Positions 50,500 through 59,830 of a stretch of 64,000 bases of DNA are shown one piece after another (the first letter of the stretch is position 1; every line of letters begins with the position of its first letter). Below the pieces are notes generated by a model. That model was not told the DNA's origin. It searched no databases and worked only from the letters and a program-made list of their open reading frames with translations. This stretch comes from an uncultured Gemmatimonadales bacterium (GTDB lineage: Bacteria; Gemmatimonadota; Gemmatimonadetes; Longimicrobiales; Gaopeijiaceae). The DNA is taken from positions 1,164,862 through 1,228,861 of the forward strand of contig CAWELD010000010.1 of the NCBI GenBank assembly GCA_963809895.1, in the 5' to 3' direction. Both the position numbers and the translations under genes were made by a program.

Positions 50500-51219
50500 T
50501 TGAACTTCTGGGAACGCCTGCGCTGGGACCTCGCTCGGCAGTACTACCAGGCCAGGAAGGTCCTCCTGCGCTGGAAGATCGGAGACCGGTGGGAAGACGA
50601 CGCGGCCTTCGGGCGCCGCCGGTATCCGGACTACGAGACGTACATCGAGCACCAGAAGACCAAGTTCAGCGCGCTGCGCTCCAAGTCGATCCTGGGCCAC
50701 GACGAGCGCTTTCATCGGGCGTTGTGCGAGCGCCTGGCCGAGCTGCCGCTGGAGCTGCAGGGCCGCGGCGTGCTCTGTCTGGCAGCGCGCCAGGGGAGCG
50801 AGGTGCGCGCCTTCATCGATCAGGGCGCGTTCGCCGTGGGCATCGACCTGAATCCCGGGCGTTCGAACTCCTACGTGGTGACGGGGGATTTCCACGACCT
50901 GCAGTTCGCCGACGAGTCCGTGGACCTGGTCTACACCAACTCCCTGGACCACGCCTTCGACCTGCAGAAGATCCTGGCCGAGGTGAAGCGGGTGCTGAAG
51001 CCCGATGGGGGGCTCATCGTCGAGGCGAACCTGAACGCCGACGAGGGGGGCGCTCAGGCGGGGCCGTACGAGAGCATGGTCTGGGAGGATGCGGACGCGC
51101 TCCTCGAGCGCATCGAAGCGTGCGGGTTCCAGCTCGTGGGGCGACGCCCGTTCGAGGTGCCGTGGAAGGGCGAGCAGCTCACGTTGCGGCGGGCGGAGGA
51201 CGACGCGGCGGCGGCCTGA
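50500..51219 (+). CDS. Class I SAM-dependent methyltransferase
   Basis: CLAARQGSEV, GIDL, GDFHDLQFADESVD, NSLDHA, RVLKPDG; start approximate (TTG). Confidence 0.8.
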   Translation: MNFWERLRWDLARQYYQARKVLLRWKIGDRWEDDAAFGRRRYPDYETYIEHQKTKFSALRSKSILGHDERFHRALCERLAELPLELQGRGVLCLAARQGSEVRAFIDQGAFAVGIDLNPGRSNSYVVTGDFHDLQFADESVDLVYTNSLDHAFDLQKILAEVKRVLKPDGGLIVEANLNADEGGAQAGPYESMVWEDADALLERIEACGFQLVGRRPFEVPWKGEQLTLRRAEDDAAAA

Positions 51220-51277
51220 TAGCCGCCTGATCGGTGCCGGGCGTTTCAGCTGAAACGCTTCGGCATCGCCGAGGCAC

Positions 51278-53140
51278 TCACCGCCATCCGCTCTCCGCCA
51301 CACGCAGCACGATGCCCGGATCCGGGATCGGATCGCGCCTCGCCCACATCCTGAGGAAACCCGATCCCGGGGAGCCCCCGTAGCGCTCGAGCCACGCTAC
51401 GGCACGGCCGCGCTCGTCCGCTGCCAGCACCGTGCTCACGCTTGCGGTGTCCACGCCCTCGCGGTCGATCCACCATGCTGGGAGTCCCCAGCGACGGCCT
51501 TCGGCGGTGGCCCGCGCCGGATAGCTGTCCAGCGTCGCCGCCTCGTGATCCACGCCCACGAGGGCGCCGGGCCGGGTCAGGTCGATGCCAGTCGGCGCGC
51601 CGGATTCCGGGTCCCGCAGCACCGCTCCCGGGGGATAGCCGAGCCACACCACCCGTCCCGGACCCTCCATGAAGCGGCGGAAGAGCACGGTGTCGGCGGC
51701 AACGGGAGCCACATTGGCCGGGATGTAGTCCTCGGCGAAGACGACGACGCTCGGGACGCCGCTGGCCAGCGCCTCGGTCATGAAGGCGGCGAGTCCCGTG
51801 GAGTCCAGCACTTCGTAGCCGCCGCCGGCGAGGACGTCCCGCAACTCCTCGTGCCCGTTGTAGAGCGAGCGCGTGGCCAGCGCCGGGTCCCAGAACACCG
51901 CTCGGCGCAGCGCCACGCCCGCGGTGGTGCCCCGGAAGGCGTAGATTCGCCCGTCGTCGCTCCCCACGTAGAGCACGCCGTCGGCCGCTACGGGTGACGA
52001 CATGACGGCATCGCCGGTCCGGAAGCGCCAGCGCTCGCCACCCGTGGAGCGGTCCAGCCCCAGCATCGTTCCGGTGAAGTCGCCCACGTACACCGTCTCG
52101 CCCACTACCGCCGGCGAGGAGAACACGTTGAGCGCCGTCAGCGTGCGCCAGACCTCCTGGCCGGTGGCGGCGTCCACACCCTGCACGAAGAGGCCGTCGG
52201 AGGATCCCGCGTAGACGATTCCGTCGGCCACGGCCGGCGAGCTGATCACCCACGACACCTCGTGATCGAACCGCCAGCGCATCTCGCCGCTCTCCTGGTC
52301 CAGCGCGTACAGGTGGCCGTCGCGGGCTCCGACGTAGACCGTGCCATCGACGACGGCGGGCGACGACTGCACCGTGCGCCGGTCGAAGCCGAAGTCGGCC
52401 GACACCAGCTCCCGCCCCTCGGTGTCGTAGCGCCAGCGCTGCTCGCCGCTGGCCAGGTCCACGGCGTAGACGCTGCCGTCGGCGCTGCCCACGAAGACGG
52501 TGCCGTCGGCCACCGCCGGGCTCGAGCGGATGCGTCCCTCGGTGGAGAACTGCCACAGCGGAGCACCGTCGGAGGCCCGGAGTGCGTAGAGTCTGCCGTC
52601 ACCCGCTCCCACGACCAGGGTGTCGCCCGAGAGGGCAGGGGAGGAGATGAAGTAGTCCCATCCCTCGTTGCCCCAGGGCAGCGGCAGGTCGGGGTCGGTG
52701 GTGAAGCTCCAGACCTGGGATCCATCCCTCCGTCGCAGCGCGTGCACCACCCCCGCGCGGTCCTGGAAGAAGACGAGCTCGGCGGAGACCGCAGCGGTGG
52801 ACGGTATCGGGCTGCCCGCATCGAAGCGCCAGATCTCGTCGCCCGCGTCCGCGTGCAGCGCGTAGAGGCGGCCGTCGGAGCTCCCCACGTAGACCACGCC
52901 GTCGGCCACCGCGGGCGAGGAACGCACCGCTCCACCGGTCTCGTGGACCCATTGCAATCCCCCGATCCCCTCGAGCCCCGGGGACTCGTAGACGCCGGCG
53001 TGGTGGGGACCGCCGCGAAACATCCCGGTGGCGGTCGTGGCGCCGGACGTCGTGGGGGCGGGGGATTGGGTGCAGGCGGCGAGGAGAGTGAGGGCGAGGG
53101 TGAGGCCCCAGCCTCCAGGGCGAGCAGGATATGCGGTCAC
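51278..53140 (-). CDS. PQQ-binding-like beta-propeller lipoprotein
   Basis: Lipobox LAAC; repeated SSPAV.DG.VYVGS.DG.LYA...G...W blades. Confidence 0.88.
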   Translation of the reverse strand: MTAYPARPGGWGLTLALTLLAACTQSPAPTTSGATTATGMFRGGPHHAGVYESPGLEGIGGLQWVHETGGAVRSSPAVADGVVYVGSSDGRLYALHADAGDEIWRFDAGSPIPSTAAVSAELVFFQDRAGVVHALRRRDGSQVWSFTTDPDLPLPWGNEGWDYFISSPALSGDTLVVGAGDGRLYALRASDGAPLWQFSTEGRIRSSPAVADGTVFVGSADGSVYAVDLASGEQRWRYDTEGRELVSADFGFDRRTVQSSPAVVDGTVYVGARDGHLYALDQESGEMRWRFDHEVSWVISSPAVADGIVYAGSSDGLFVQGVDAATGQEVWRTLTALNVFSSPAVVGETVYVGDFTGTMLGLDRSTGGERWRFRTGDAVMSSPVAADGVLYVGSDDGRIYAFRGTTAGVALRRAVFWDPALATRSLYNGHEELRDVLAGGGYEVLDSTGLAAFMTEALASGVPSVVVFAEDYIPANVAPVAADTVLFRRFMEGPGRVVWLGYPPGAVLRDPESGAPTGIDLTRPGALVGVDHEAATLDSYPARATAEGRRWGLPAWWIDREGVDTASVSTVLAADERGRAVAWLERYGGSPGSGFLRMWARRDPIPDPGIVLRVAESGWR

Positions 53141-53868
53141 GAAGCGGACTCCGGTCGTGTGAGGGTCCCGACACGGCTGAGATACGGAATGCCCTCGACG
53201 AGCTTTCCCGGGCGCGGCACGTCGGCCATGCCGCGACGGCCAATGTGACGGAGCGCGCCTGCGAGCCTCCCGGCGACGACGCTGTGATCCCCCGCCAGAA
53301 GGATGGCCAGAAGATCGGAGGCGTCGCGAACGCTCGCGAGGGCCACCTGTGCCTCCACCGGACGCTGCTGATAGAAGTTCGGCTGCACGCGGGCGAGGGC
53401 TGCAGGAACGGCCAGGAGGCGCAGCTCGTCTCTCTGGCTCAGCAGGCTCTCGTCGGGGAGAGCGCCTACGGCGTAGTCGAACAAGCGGGTCCCGAACGGT
53501 AGCTCCACCGTGTTGTTGGTGCCGGCGGGAGCGTGGACGACAACCTGACGGGGGATGTCCGTCGCTTCAGCATGCAGCAGGAGCGAAAGCTCGGGGGAAA
53601 GGTGCCACTCCCGTCCGAAGCGCGCGTCGCAGTAACGCCGGCAGAACTCCCAGAAGGACGCGTACCACGCGGTCGTGTCACCGGGAGGTGCGGTCGGGTC
53701 CGTGGCCATCCACCAGCCGCGGATGACCGGAGTCAGGAAGCCCGCCGTCCTCAAGCGATCACGATGGGTCCGCGAGAGTTCGGATGAGGCGAAAACACGT
53801 CTGCCGTCCCTCTGAAGGCGGGACAGCACCTGCAGAGACTCGGCAAGCTTCTGGTTGCGGGGAGACAG
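53137..53868 (-). pseudogene. Truncated N-terminal half of a Fic-family protein
   Basis: KLAESL, ELSRTHRDRL, GDTTAWYASFWEFC, WHLSPE.SL, AGRLAGA resemble the N-part of long Fic proteins; no HPF..GNGR motif; likely start codon is CTG after GAGG. Confidence 0.65.
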
Positions 53869-54039
53869 GGCGACCTCGATCGTTGGGCGATGGCGTCGTC
53901 GCACGTCTTTGGTGTGGCACGATTACACGTAATTAACGTGGCACTAGTTCAAGTGTAACCTGCGGGATGCGCGCGACACTGGTCGGCGCCCCTCACCCCC
54001 TTGAATACCGCAGGGATATGCGGCAAAGTAGTTGCCCTC

Positions 54040-54079
54040 GGGGCCATAGCTCAGTTGGGAGAGCGCCTGCTTTGCAAGC
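54040..54079 (+). other. tRNA-Ala(UGC) 5' half, att-core remnant
   Basis: GGGGCCATAGCTCAGTTGGGAGAGCGCCTGCTTTGCAAGC, then unrelated sequence; no T-arm or 3' acceptor strand. Confidence 0.85.
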
Positions 54080-54182
54080 CCGCCGGGCTCAGGGCTGATT
54101 TCCCGGATGTCGCGTAGGAATGCGGCATGAGCCCCGGATCTCGTGGACGCCTTTGCCGGCGATTCATGGGGTCCGGGGCTTC

Positions 54183-54206
54183 GTTTGTGCACAGGTTTGT
54201 GCACAG
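54183..54206. repeat. 12-bp tandem repeat, candidate integrase arm-type sites
   Basis: GTTTGTGCACAG twice, about 105 bp from the tRNA fragment. Confidence 0.6.
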
Positions 54207-54274
54207 GGGCGACGCGCCCCGCCCGCACGTTCGGACCGCGTTGGGCTCGGGTTCGATCGAGAGCGGAAGCCCAG

Positions 54275-54324
54275 CTAGTGCAGCGGCGCTCGAATGCAAC
54301 GAGACTTTTGCGCCACTACACTAG
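54275..54324. repeat. 50-bp palindromic REP/MITE-like element, copy 2
   Basis: CTAGTGCAGCGGCGC...GCGCCACTACACTAG imperfect inverted repeat with CTAG at both ends. Confidence 0.7.
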
Positions 54325-54412
54325 AACGGTCGCCATGAGTGCTCGCACCAGAGCCTCAACCAGCAGTCAAAGGTGAACCGCCCCGGGTGCTCTGCACCCC
54401 GTTTCTGGTCCA

Positions 54413-55279
54413 CTAGAAGCGAGAGTTTTCGAGCTCCTCAGGGCCTGGGGTGAGTAGAGCGCCGGCCGCGAAGTCGGCCGGCGTAGAACGGGCCAAACTC
54501 CCGTGGGGGCGGAAGTTGTTGTAGTCGGCCCGCCAGCGGTCGAGGACCCGCTGGGCGTCCTCGAGATCGATAAACCAGTGTTGCGATAGGCACTCTCGCC
54601 GGAGCACGGAGTTGAAGGCCTCGACGTGGGCGTTGTCCGTGGGCTTGCCCGGCCGGCTGAAGTCCAGCTTCACCCGGTTCCAGTACGCCCAGTGGTCCAG
54701 GGCCTTCGAGGTGAATTCCGTCCCATTGTCCACGGAGATCAGATCGGGCAGGGCCTCCCGCTCGGCTCCGGCGTCAGCAAGGATCCCCGCCACCTGCTCA
54801 CCCCGGAAGCCACGTCCAGATTGCAGCACGATGCACTCCCGGGTGTGCACGTCGATCACGGCCAGGACCCGCACCGTCTGGCCACCAGAAAGGGTGTCAT
54901 GCACGAAATCCATCGCCCACCGCTCGTTGGGCCGGCTCGTGACCCGGCGATGCTCTCGCCGGACTGCGCTCCGGCGGCGACGGGGGCGCTTCCGTCGCAG
55001 CGTCAGCCCCTCCTCCCGGTAGAGCCGGTAGATGAGCTTGTGGTTCACCGGCCAGCCCTCCCGCCGCAGGAGCGTGTGTACCTGCCGGTAGCCGTAGCTC
55101 ACCCGCGCCGCCGCAATCTCACGGATGCGCGCCCGGAGCGCCTCTCGAGGTGCCTTGATGCTCCGGTACCGCACCGAGGAACGGGACACGCCCAGCGCCC
55201 GGATCGCCCGACGCTCGGAGAGCCGGTAGGCCCGCTGCGCCCACGCCACCCCGTCCCTCCGCTGCGCCGGGCTCACCAT
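54413..55279 (-). CDS. IS3 transposase OrfB (DDE)
   Basis: YGYR, WAMDFVHD, SVDNGTEF, PGKPTDNAHVEAFN, YNNFRPH. Confidence 0.92.
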   Translation of the reverse strand: MVSPAQRRDGVAWAQRAYRLSERRAIRALGVSRSSVRYRSIKAPREALRARIREIAAARVSYGYRQVHTLLRREGWPVNHKLIYRLYREEGLTLRRKRPRRRRSAVRREHRRVTSRPNERWAMDFVHDTLSGGQTVRVLAVIDVHTRECIVLQSGRGFRGEQVAGILADAGAEREALPDLISVDNGTEFTSKALDHWAYWNRVKLDFSRPGKPTDNAHVEAFNSVLRRECLSQHWFIDLEDAQRVLDRWRADYNNFRPHGSLARSTPADFAAGALLTPGPEELENSRF

Positions 55280-55539
55280 TTTTTTCGGAGCGCCTCCTGG
55301 AGGATCTCCTTGTCCACGCTCAGATCCGCCACCAGCCGCTTCAACCGGCCGTTCTCCTCTCGGAGCTGTCGGAGCTCCCGAAGCTCGGGGACGCCCAGCC
55401 CCCCGAACTTCTTCTTCCACCGGTAGAACGTCGCCTCCGTGATCTGCAGCTTCCGACAGATCTCCATCACCGGCGTCCCCGCCTCCGCCTGCCGGAGCGC
55501 CATCACCTGCTGCTCTTCCGTGAACCGCGACCTCCGCAT
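55273..55539 (-). CDS. IS3 transposase OrfA
   Basis: RFTEEQ, ICRKLQITEATFYRWKKKFGG, LREENGRLKRLVADL. Confidence 0.92.
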   Translation of the reverse strand: MRRSRFTEEQQVMALRQAEAGTPVMEICRKLQITEATFYRWKKKFGGLGVPELRELRQLREENGRLKRLVADLSVDKEILQEALRKKW

Positions 55540-55908
55540 CGGACTGCCTCCTCCCGCTCCCGCGGGCCTCAGGTCAGCCCCAGAGTAGCTCCCTCGCTTT
55601 CCGAGAGTCCAGATGGATCAGGTATCGGGGGGAAGAGCACTACGACAACGCTCTGGCCGAGACCGTGATCGGACTCTACAAGACCGAGCTCATCGGGCCG
55701 CAGCGGCCTTGGGGCTCCCTCGAGGAGGTCGAGTTCGCCACCCTCCGCTGGGTCCGGTGGTTTAATCACCACCGCCTCTTTGGACCCATCGGTGACGTGC
55801 CGCCGGCCGAGTACGAAGAGGCGTTCTTCCGTGCTCAAGAAGCTCCCAGCAGAGCTCTTGAGACTCAACTGAAACGGTCTCCGGTAAAGCCGGGGTGATT
55901 CACCATCC

Positions 55909-56511
55909 TCACGACGTGCCGAGACGGGACAAGACAGACCCGAGCCCAGGCAGGGAATCACAGGTCTCCACTTCCATCCAGCCCGCACGAGACTTGCTGC
56001 CGATCGAAAGCAGCACCCTGTCCTCCACATTGTCCGTCCCGCGACGGCCATGAGAGCGTAGCCCCACGGCGACCCCCTCCCACGTCACCCACCGTTCTCG
56101 GATCGCCTGGGCGAATCCGCCAGCCAAATAGCATGTAGGGTCCACCCCCGGCCAAATTCGCCCCACCCTGACGACGAGGGCACGCCACTCATCCTCAAGG
56201 TCGCCTCCGGACCGCACCCAGACCGCCCTCCGGAGGCGTGCCCAACCTGGTGATTCGGCGTTCTCTTGAGCACTGCCCGGGAAGAACGTCAACGACACTC
56301 TCCCGGAGGGCAGTTGAACGACGTAGTCTCCATACCCAAATGCTTCCATTGGAGCATCTAGTTTCGCCCGTACTTCCTCCAACGAGTTGTAGAGGCGTAC
56401 CCCCCTGAGTCCCGCCAGGTCGAGCGCAGCCGTTGTCTCGTCTGTGCTGGCGGGCCATCCGCAGGAAACGGTGAGCAGCGCAAGCGCAATGGCGGAGAGT
56501 GTCCTGTGCAT
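55909..56511 (-). CDS. Hypothetical lipoprotein (candidate partner or immunity protein)
   Basis: MHRTLSAIALALLTVSC lipobox; starts 4 bp after the stop of the upstream gene. Confidence 0.55.
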   Translation of the reverse strand: MHRTLSAIALALLTVSCGWPASTDETTAALDLAGLRGVRLYNSLEEVRAKLDAPMEAFGYGDYVVQLPSGRVSLTFFPGSAQENAESPGWARLRRAVWVRSGGDLEDEWRALVVRVGRIWPGVDPTCYLAGGFAQAIRERWVTWEGVAVGLRSHGRRGTDNVEDRVLLSIGSKSRAGWMEVETCDSLPGLGSVLSRLGTS

Positions 56512-56515
56512 TCGA

Positions 56516-57657
56516 TTACCCATTCTCTCCAGTGTCAAGGTATCCATCATACAACATCGTACGGCAATAGGTTGCGTATCCGACTCGCGATTGCGGGCCA
56601 ACTTGCTGCCAGAGTTCCTCGCCACGTTGATTGTTGTTCATGTCAATCTCGGTATCCACCGGATCCTCTGACTCTGCTTCGTGGATATTCAGCCACCCCC
56701 ACGCACTTTCTGCGCCCAGAAGCGCATGAAGCCAAGCACTCCAGATACAATGGCGTACAGCGTTCGTTTCATTCGCGAGTAGGTCATGGTAGTAGGTGCC
56801 GAAAGGATCAGTCAGTAGCTCGGCGGTTCCGTATGCGATGCTGACACACTCCACGGGATGGTCGATGCAGTAACGCTTCTCCGAGTCTGTAATTCGATCC
56901 CAGAATTCCTGCTCCACACCATCTGGACGCACCAACTCCTCCTCGGGGGGCGGGTCGGTGCTGTCGCCCCCGCTTCCCCCACCGCCCCCTCCTGTCAAGT
57001 CTACACACGCGGTACCGTCTACGGTCGGCTCGCACGCCCCGGGATCATAGCCGCACTCTAACCAGAAGACGACCTCATCGCCTTCCATAATCGCATAACA
57101 CCAATCCCAATCCCCCGGGGGTGGGGGGGGGACGCAAGCGGCACGGCAGCCCCCAACTCCCCCGCCGACGCGGCGTAATTGCTGGGAACCCCAGTCGCGT
57201 TGGCCTTCCGCCATCCCTTCCCAGCAGCGTGCTCGCCATTCCCCGGCGCCCAGGAGACAAAACCCATGGCGAACTCTCGATCAACCAGCGGTACGTCACA
57301 CAGGCCCCGGTAATGGATGATGTCGTCACTCATGGTACGATAGTCCACGGAGAAGGGGCGCGGCTCATCTCCATGGCTACCAGGCAATGTGCGTCGGTAA
57401 CGGCGGTACGATCCGTCAGGTCTCCGGTACTCGATGAGGCATTGGCCCGAATGAAGCTGCTGCAGCGCCTGGCCGAAGTCCTCGAGTGCCGGAACGGATC
57501 CGAGATCCTCGTCCACGAAAGACTGCCCCGGCGACTCGGGCGCCTGCTCTTGGGCGTTTGCCAGGTCGGGAAGTGTCGGGATCGTTGGCGCACTCTGGTC
57601 GGTGCAGGCAGAAACGATGGCAATCAGAAGAAGGGACGCGAGAGTGGAGAGCTTCAT
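56516..57657 (-). CDS. Lipoprotein with C-terminal DUF6973/Wnt-SAA-like domain, frameshift near 57120-57170
   Basis: MKLSTLASLLLIAIVSAC lipobox; Cys/Gly/Pro linker; NAVRHCIWSA...IHE...IDMNNNQRG; the two frames join in G/C runs. Confidence 0.65.
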
Positions 57658-57950
57658 AGGACAGACCATCCTGGCTGGGAACGTAGGCGCATTCGCATAA
57701 CAGTTTCTGCGTGGCACGTTATGCGCCGACGCGATGGTTGCGCAACACCTATGGTCCAGGTCGCCACACCTTGCTCCTCAAGGAGTACCCGCTGGAGCTC
57801 GCTGCATCGACCAACCAGTGGGCGGTCGCTGGGCCTCTCGGTGCCCATCCCAGCCAACGCCTGCTTGGAGGCGGGAGCAAGCCACGTGCGAGACTAGTAG
57901 ACTGTTGAAAGAGCCCTGATTTCGGCTCGCCGCAGAGAAGCCCGAATTTT

Positions 57951-58591
57951 GGCTCCTCGCTGTCTCCAATGGGTTGATGTAGGGGGAGTTTACCATGCAT
58001 GAGGTAGATCATGGCGGTGAGTTTCGTGGTCGATCGATAGCCGCGAGCCCTGGCCTTGGTGGCCTGGACGAGGGAGGAGAGGCCTTCGAGCAGGCCGTTG
58101 GAGATGCGCGTGTGGAACCAGTGTACGTGGAAACAGTCGAAGGTGGTCCGGGCCTGCGTCAGGTGCTCGCGGGCGCCCTTCTGATAGGCCGGGGACATGT
58201 CCATACAGAGTTCCCAGATCCGGGCCGGCTCGCCACCATGCGCTTCGAGGTCCTTTCGGAATGCCCCAATGGTCTCGGCCTCCCGGCCGGGCAGCCTTCC
58301 CGCCCCGCACTCGGGGCACGTGAAGCGTCCGCCTTCGCGAAAGTCCAGGTACAGGTCCAGCCGCCGGGCGTCCGCGTCGAACTCCGTGCGCTTCACATAC
58401 CACGGCGACTCCAGACCCAGCGCCATCTGGAAGAGCTCGACATCGCGCATGCCGCCACTCATCCGTCCCTCCCCCGACGACCATCCGAGCGAGCGAGGAG
58501 GAAGCGGCCCGCCGCGGAGGAAGCGACCCTCCAGCCGCCCCCTCCAAACCTACAGACTCACGCCGCTACCCATCCAGAACAGCGAGGAGCT
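57951..58591 (-). mobile_element. Internally deleted ISL3-family element, about 640 bp
   Basis: IRs GGCTCCTCGCTGT..ATGGGT and AGCTCCTCGCTGT..ATGGGT; ORF from 58450 with LFQMALGLESPW, CPECG, CMDMSPAY, FDCFHV, SNGLLEG, ARGYRS. Confidence 0.85.
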
Positions 58592-58850
58592 TTCTTCTTC
58601 TTACTGAAGGCGTCTTTGCCACGGTTCGTTGGCGGGTTCGACGATGATCGCCGATCAACGAATGCGGGGCTGGACCGAATCCATTGCCCTCGGCGGGACT
58701 GTATGCCTGGGTCTCGGACTTGCTGTGGGGCGCCGCTGGATGCCCGCCGTAAACATCGATACAATCGGTAGCCGGGACAGGGAAGCGCTAAACTGACGCA
58801 CCAAAGGCATGGTGCGATGTTGAGTCGCCGGAGGCGGGCGGTGCAACGAG

Positions 58851-59768
58851 CTACGCCGAGCCTCGAACAAGCTCCAGGCGCGCTTCGTCCACTTGGCCGA
58901 ACGACACTCTCGTGGGGATCGCCACCTCAGGTATGGAGAGGGTTGGGGGGAAGAACATGACCTCGGTCCCCCTGTAGTGGTCCGCGGCGCTATACGCCAA
59001 CCCGTATCTTCGCGACGGCCAACCTCCATATAGAGCCGCGATCTCGGGCACAGCATCGTAGGAGACCACCCAAGGTCGCTCGATCGTGGGGACCAAGGAC
59101 GCGATCGCGCGGTGGTCCTCAAAGTCATAAGCGTTGAGGTACAAACGTTGCCCTTGGCCGAAATAGGGCGGATCAAGGTAGACCAGGCTGCGCGGACGCA
59201 TTTCGGGGACCACCGTCCTGAGGAACTCGATCGCATCGAGGTTCGACAGATGGATGCGGCCCCTATGCCGACCGACCTTTTCGAGCCGCTGAACGAGCGT
59301 CGTTTTGTTGTACCGAGCGTCGATCCCATAGGCGCTCGTTTGCTGGCGGCCACCGATCATTCCAGCGTTCAGCACCCCAGACCTGTTGGTCCGATTGAGG
59401 AAGAACGTGGCGAAGCCCAACTCGACGGCGCCTACGGTCGGGTCTCGGCGAACTTCCTGCTGGCGATCCCACTCCTCGACCGTAACGGCCGTATCTACGA
59501 CCTTTCGGCATAGGGCGTCCGTCTCGTGAAGCGCGGACCACCAGAACGCGTGGACATCACGGTCGAGATCGTTCAGGAAGATTCGATCAACTAGTCCGTC
59601 GTAAAGGAGGCCGAGGGCCACGCCTGCGCCGCCGGCATATGGCTCCGCGTAGTCTGCTCCAGCCAATCCGTTCTCGATCAGAAGGAGCTTGAAGAAGTTC
59701 GCGAGCTTGCCTTTGCCGCCCGGATATCTGAGCGGGGAAGGGAAGCGGCGGTCCGGGCAACCAACCAT
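58851..59768 (-). CDS. DNA adenine methyltransferase (Dam/D12 class)
   Basis: SPLRYPGGK, EPYAGGAGV, NDLD, FFLNRTNRSG, YLDPPY, WVVSYD. Confidence 0.92.
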   Translation of the reverse strand: MVGCPDRRFPSPLRYPGGKGKLANFFKLLLIENGLAGADYAEPYAGGAGVALGLLYDGLVDRIFLNDLDRDVHAFWWSALHETDALCRKVVDTAVTVEEWDRQQEVRRDPTVGAVELGFATFFLNRTNRSGVLNAGMIGGRQQTSAYGIDARYNKTTLVQRLEKVGRHRGRIHLSNLDAIEFLRTVVPEMRPRSLVYLDPPYFGQGQRLYLNAYDFEDHRAIASLVPTIERPWVVSYDAVPEIAALYGGWPSRRYGLAYSAADHYRGTEVMFFPPTLSIPEVAIPTRVSFGQVDEARLELVRGSA

Positions 59769-59830
59769 CAGTTATTCTCCCAGTGGCCTGAAGACGAGAG
59801 TCTGATCGCGGGAACACTAACTCCCCGTCG

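Larger units (their letters stand above)
54388..55639 (-). mobile_element. IS3-family element (IS407-like), apparently complete, 1252 bp
   Basis: Imperfect IRs TGCTCTGCACCCCG..TCCA and TGCTCTTCCCCCCG..TCCA; orfA/orfB with A7 slippery site at 55279-55285. Confidence 0.9.
54374..55902 (+). mobile_element. Remnant of an outer IS3-family (IS51/IS6110-like) element
   Basis: Left end TGAACCGCCCCGGG (54374-54387); right part 55640-55902 encodes YDNALAETVIGLYKTE...WFNHHR..GPIGDVPPAEYE and ends CCGGGGTGATTCA. Confidence 0.8.

Noticed and set aside
54040..54115. Functional tRNA-Ala
   Set aside because: The anticodon stem is incomplete and there is no T-arm, acceptor 3' strand or CCA
54275..54324. Integron attC site
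   Set aside because: It lacks RYYYAAC/GTTRRRY ends, has no cassette spacing, and no intI is present
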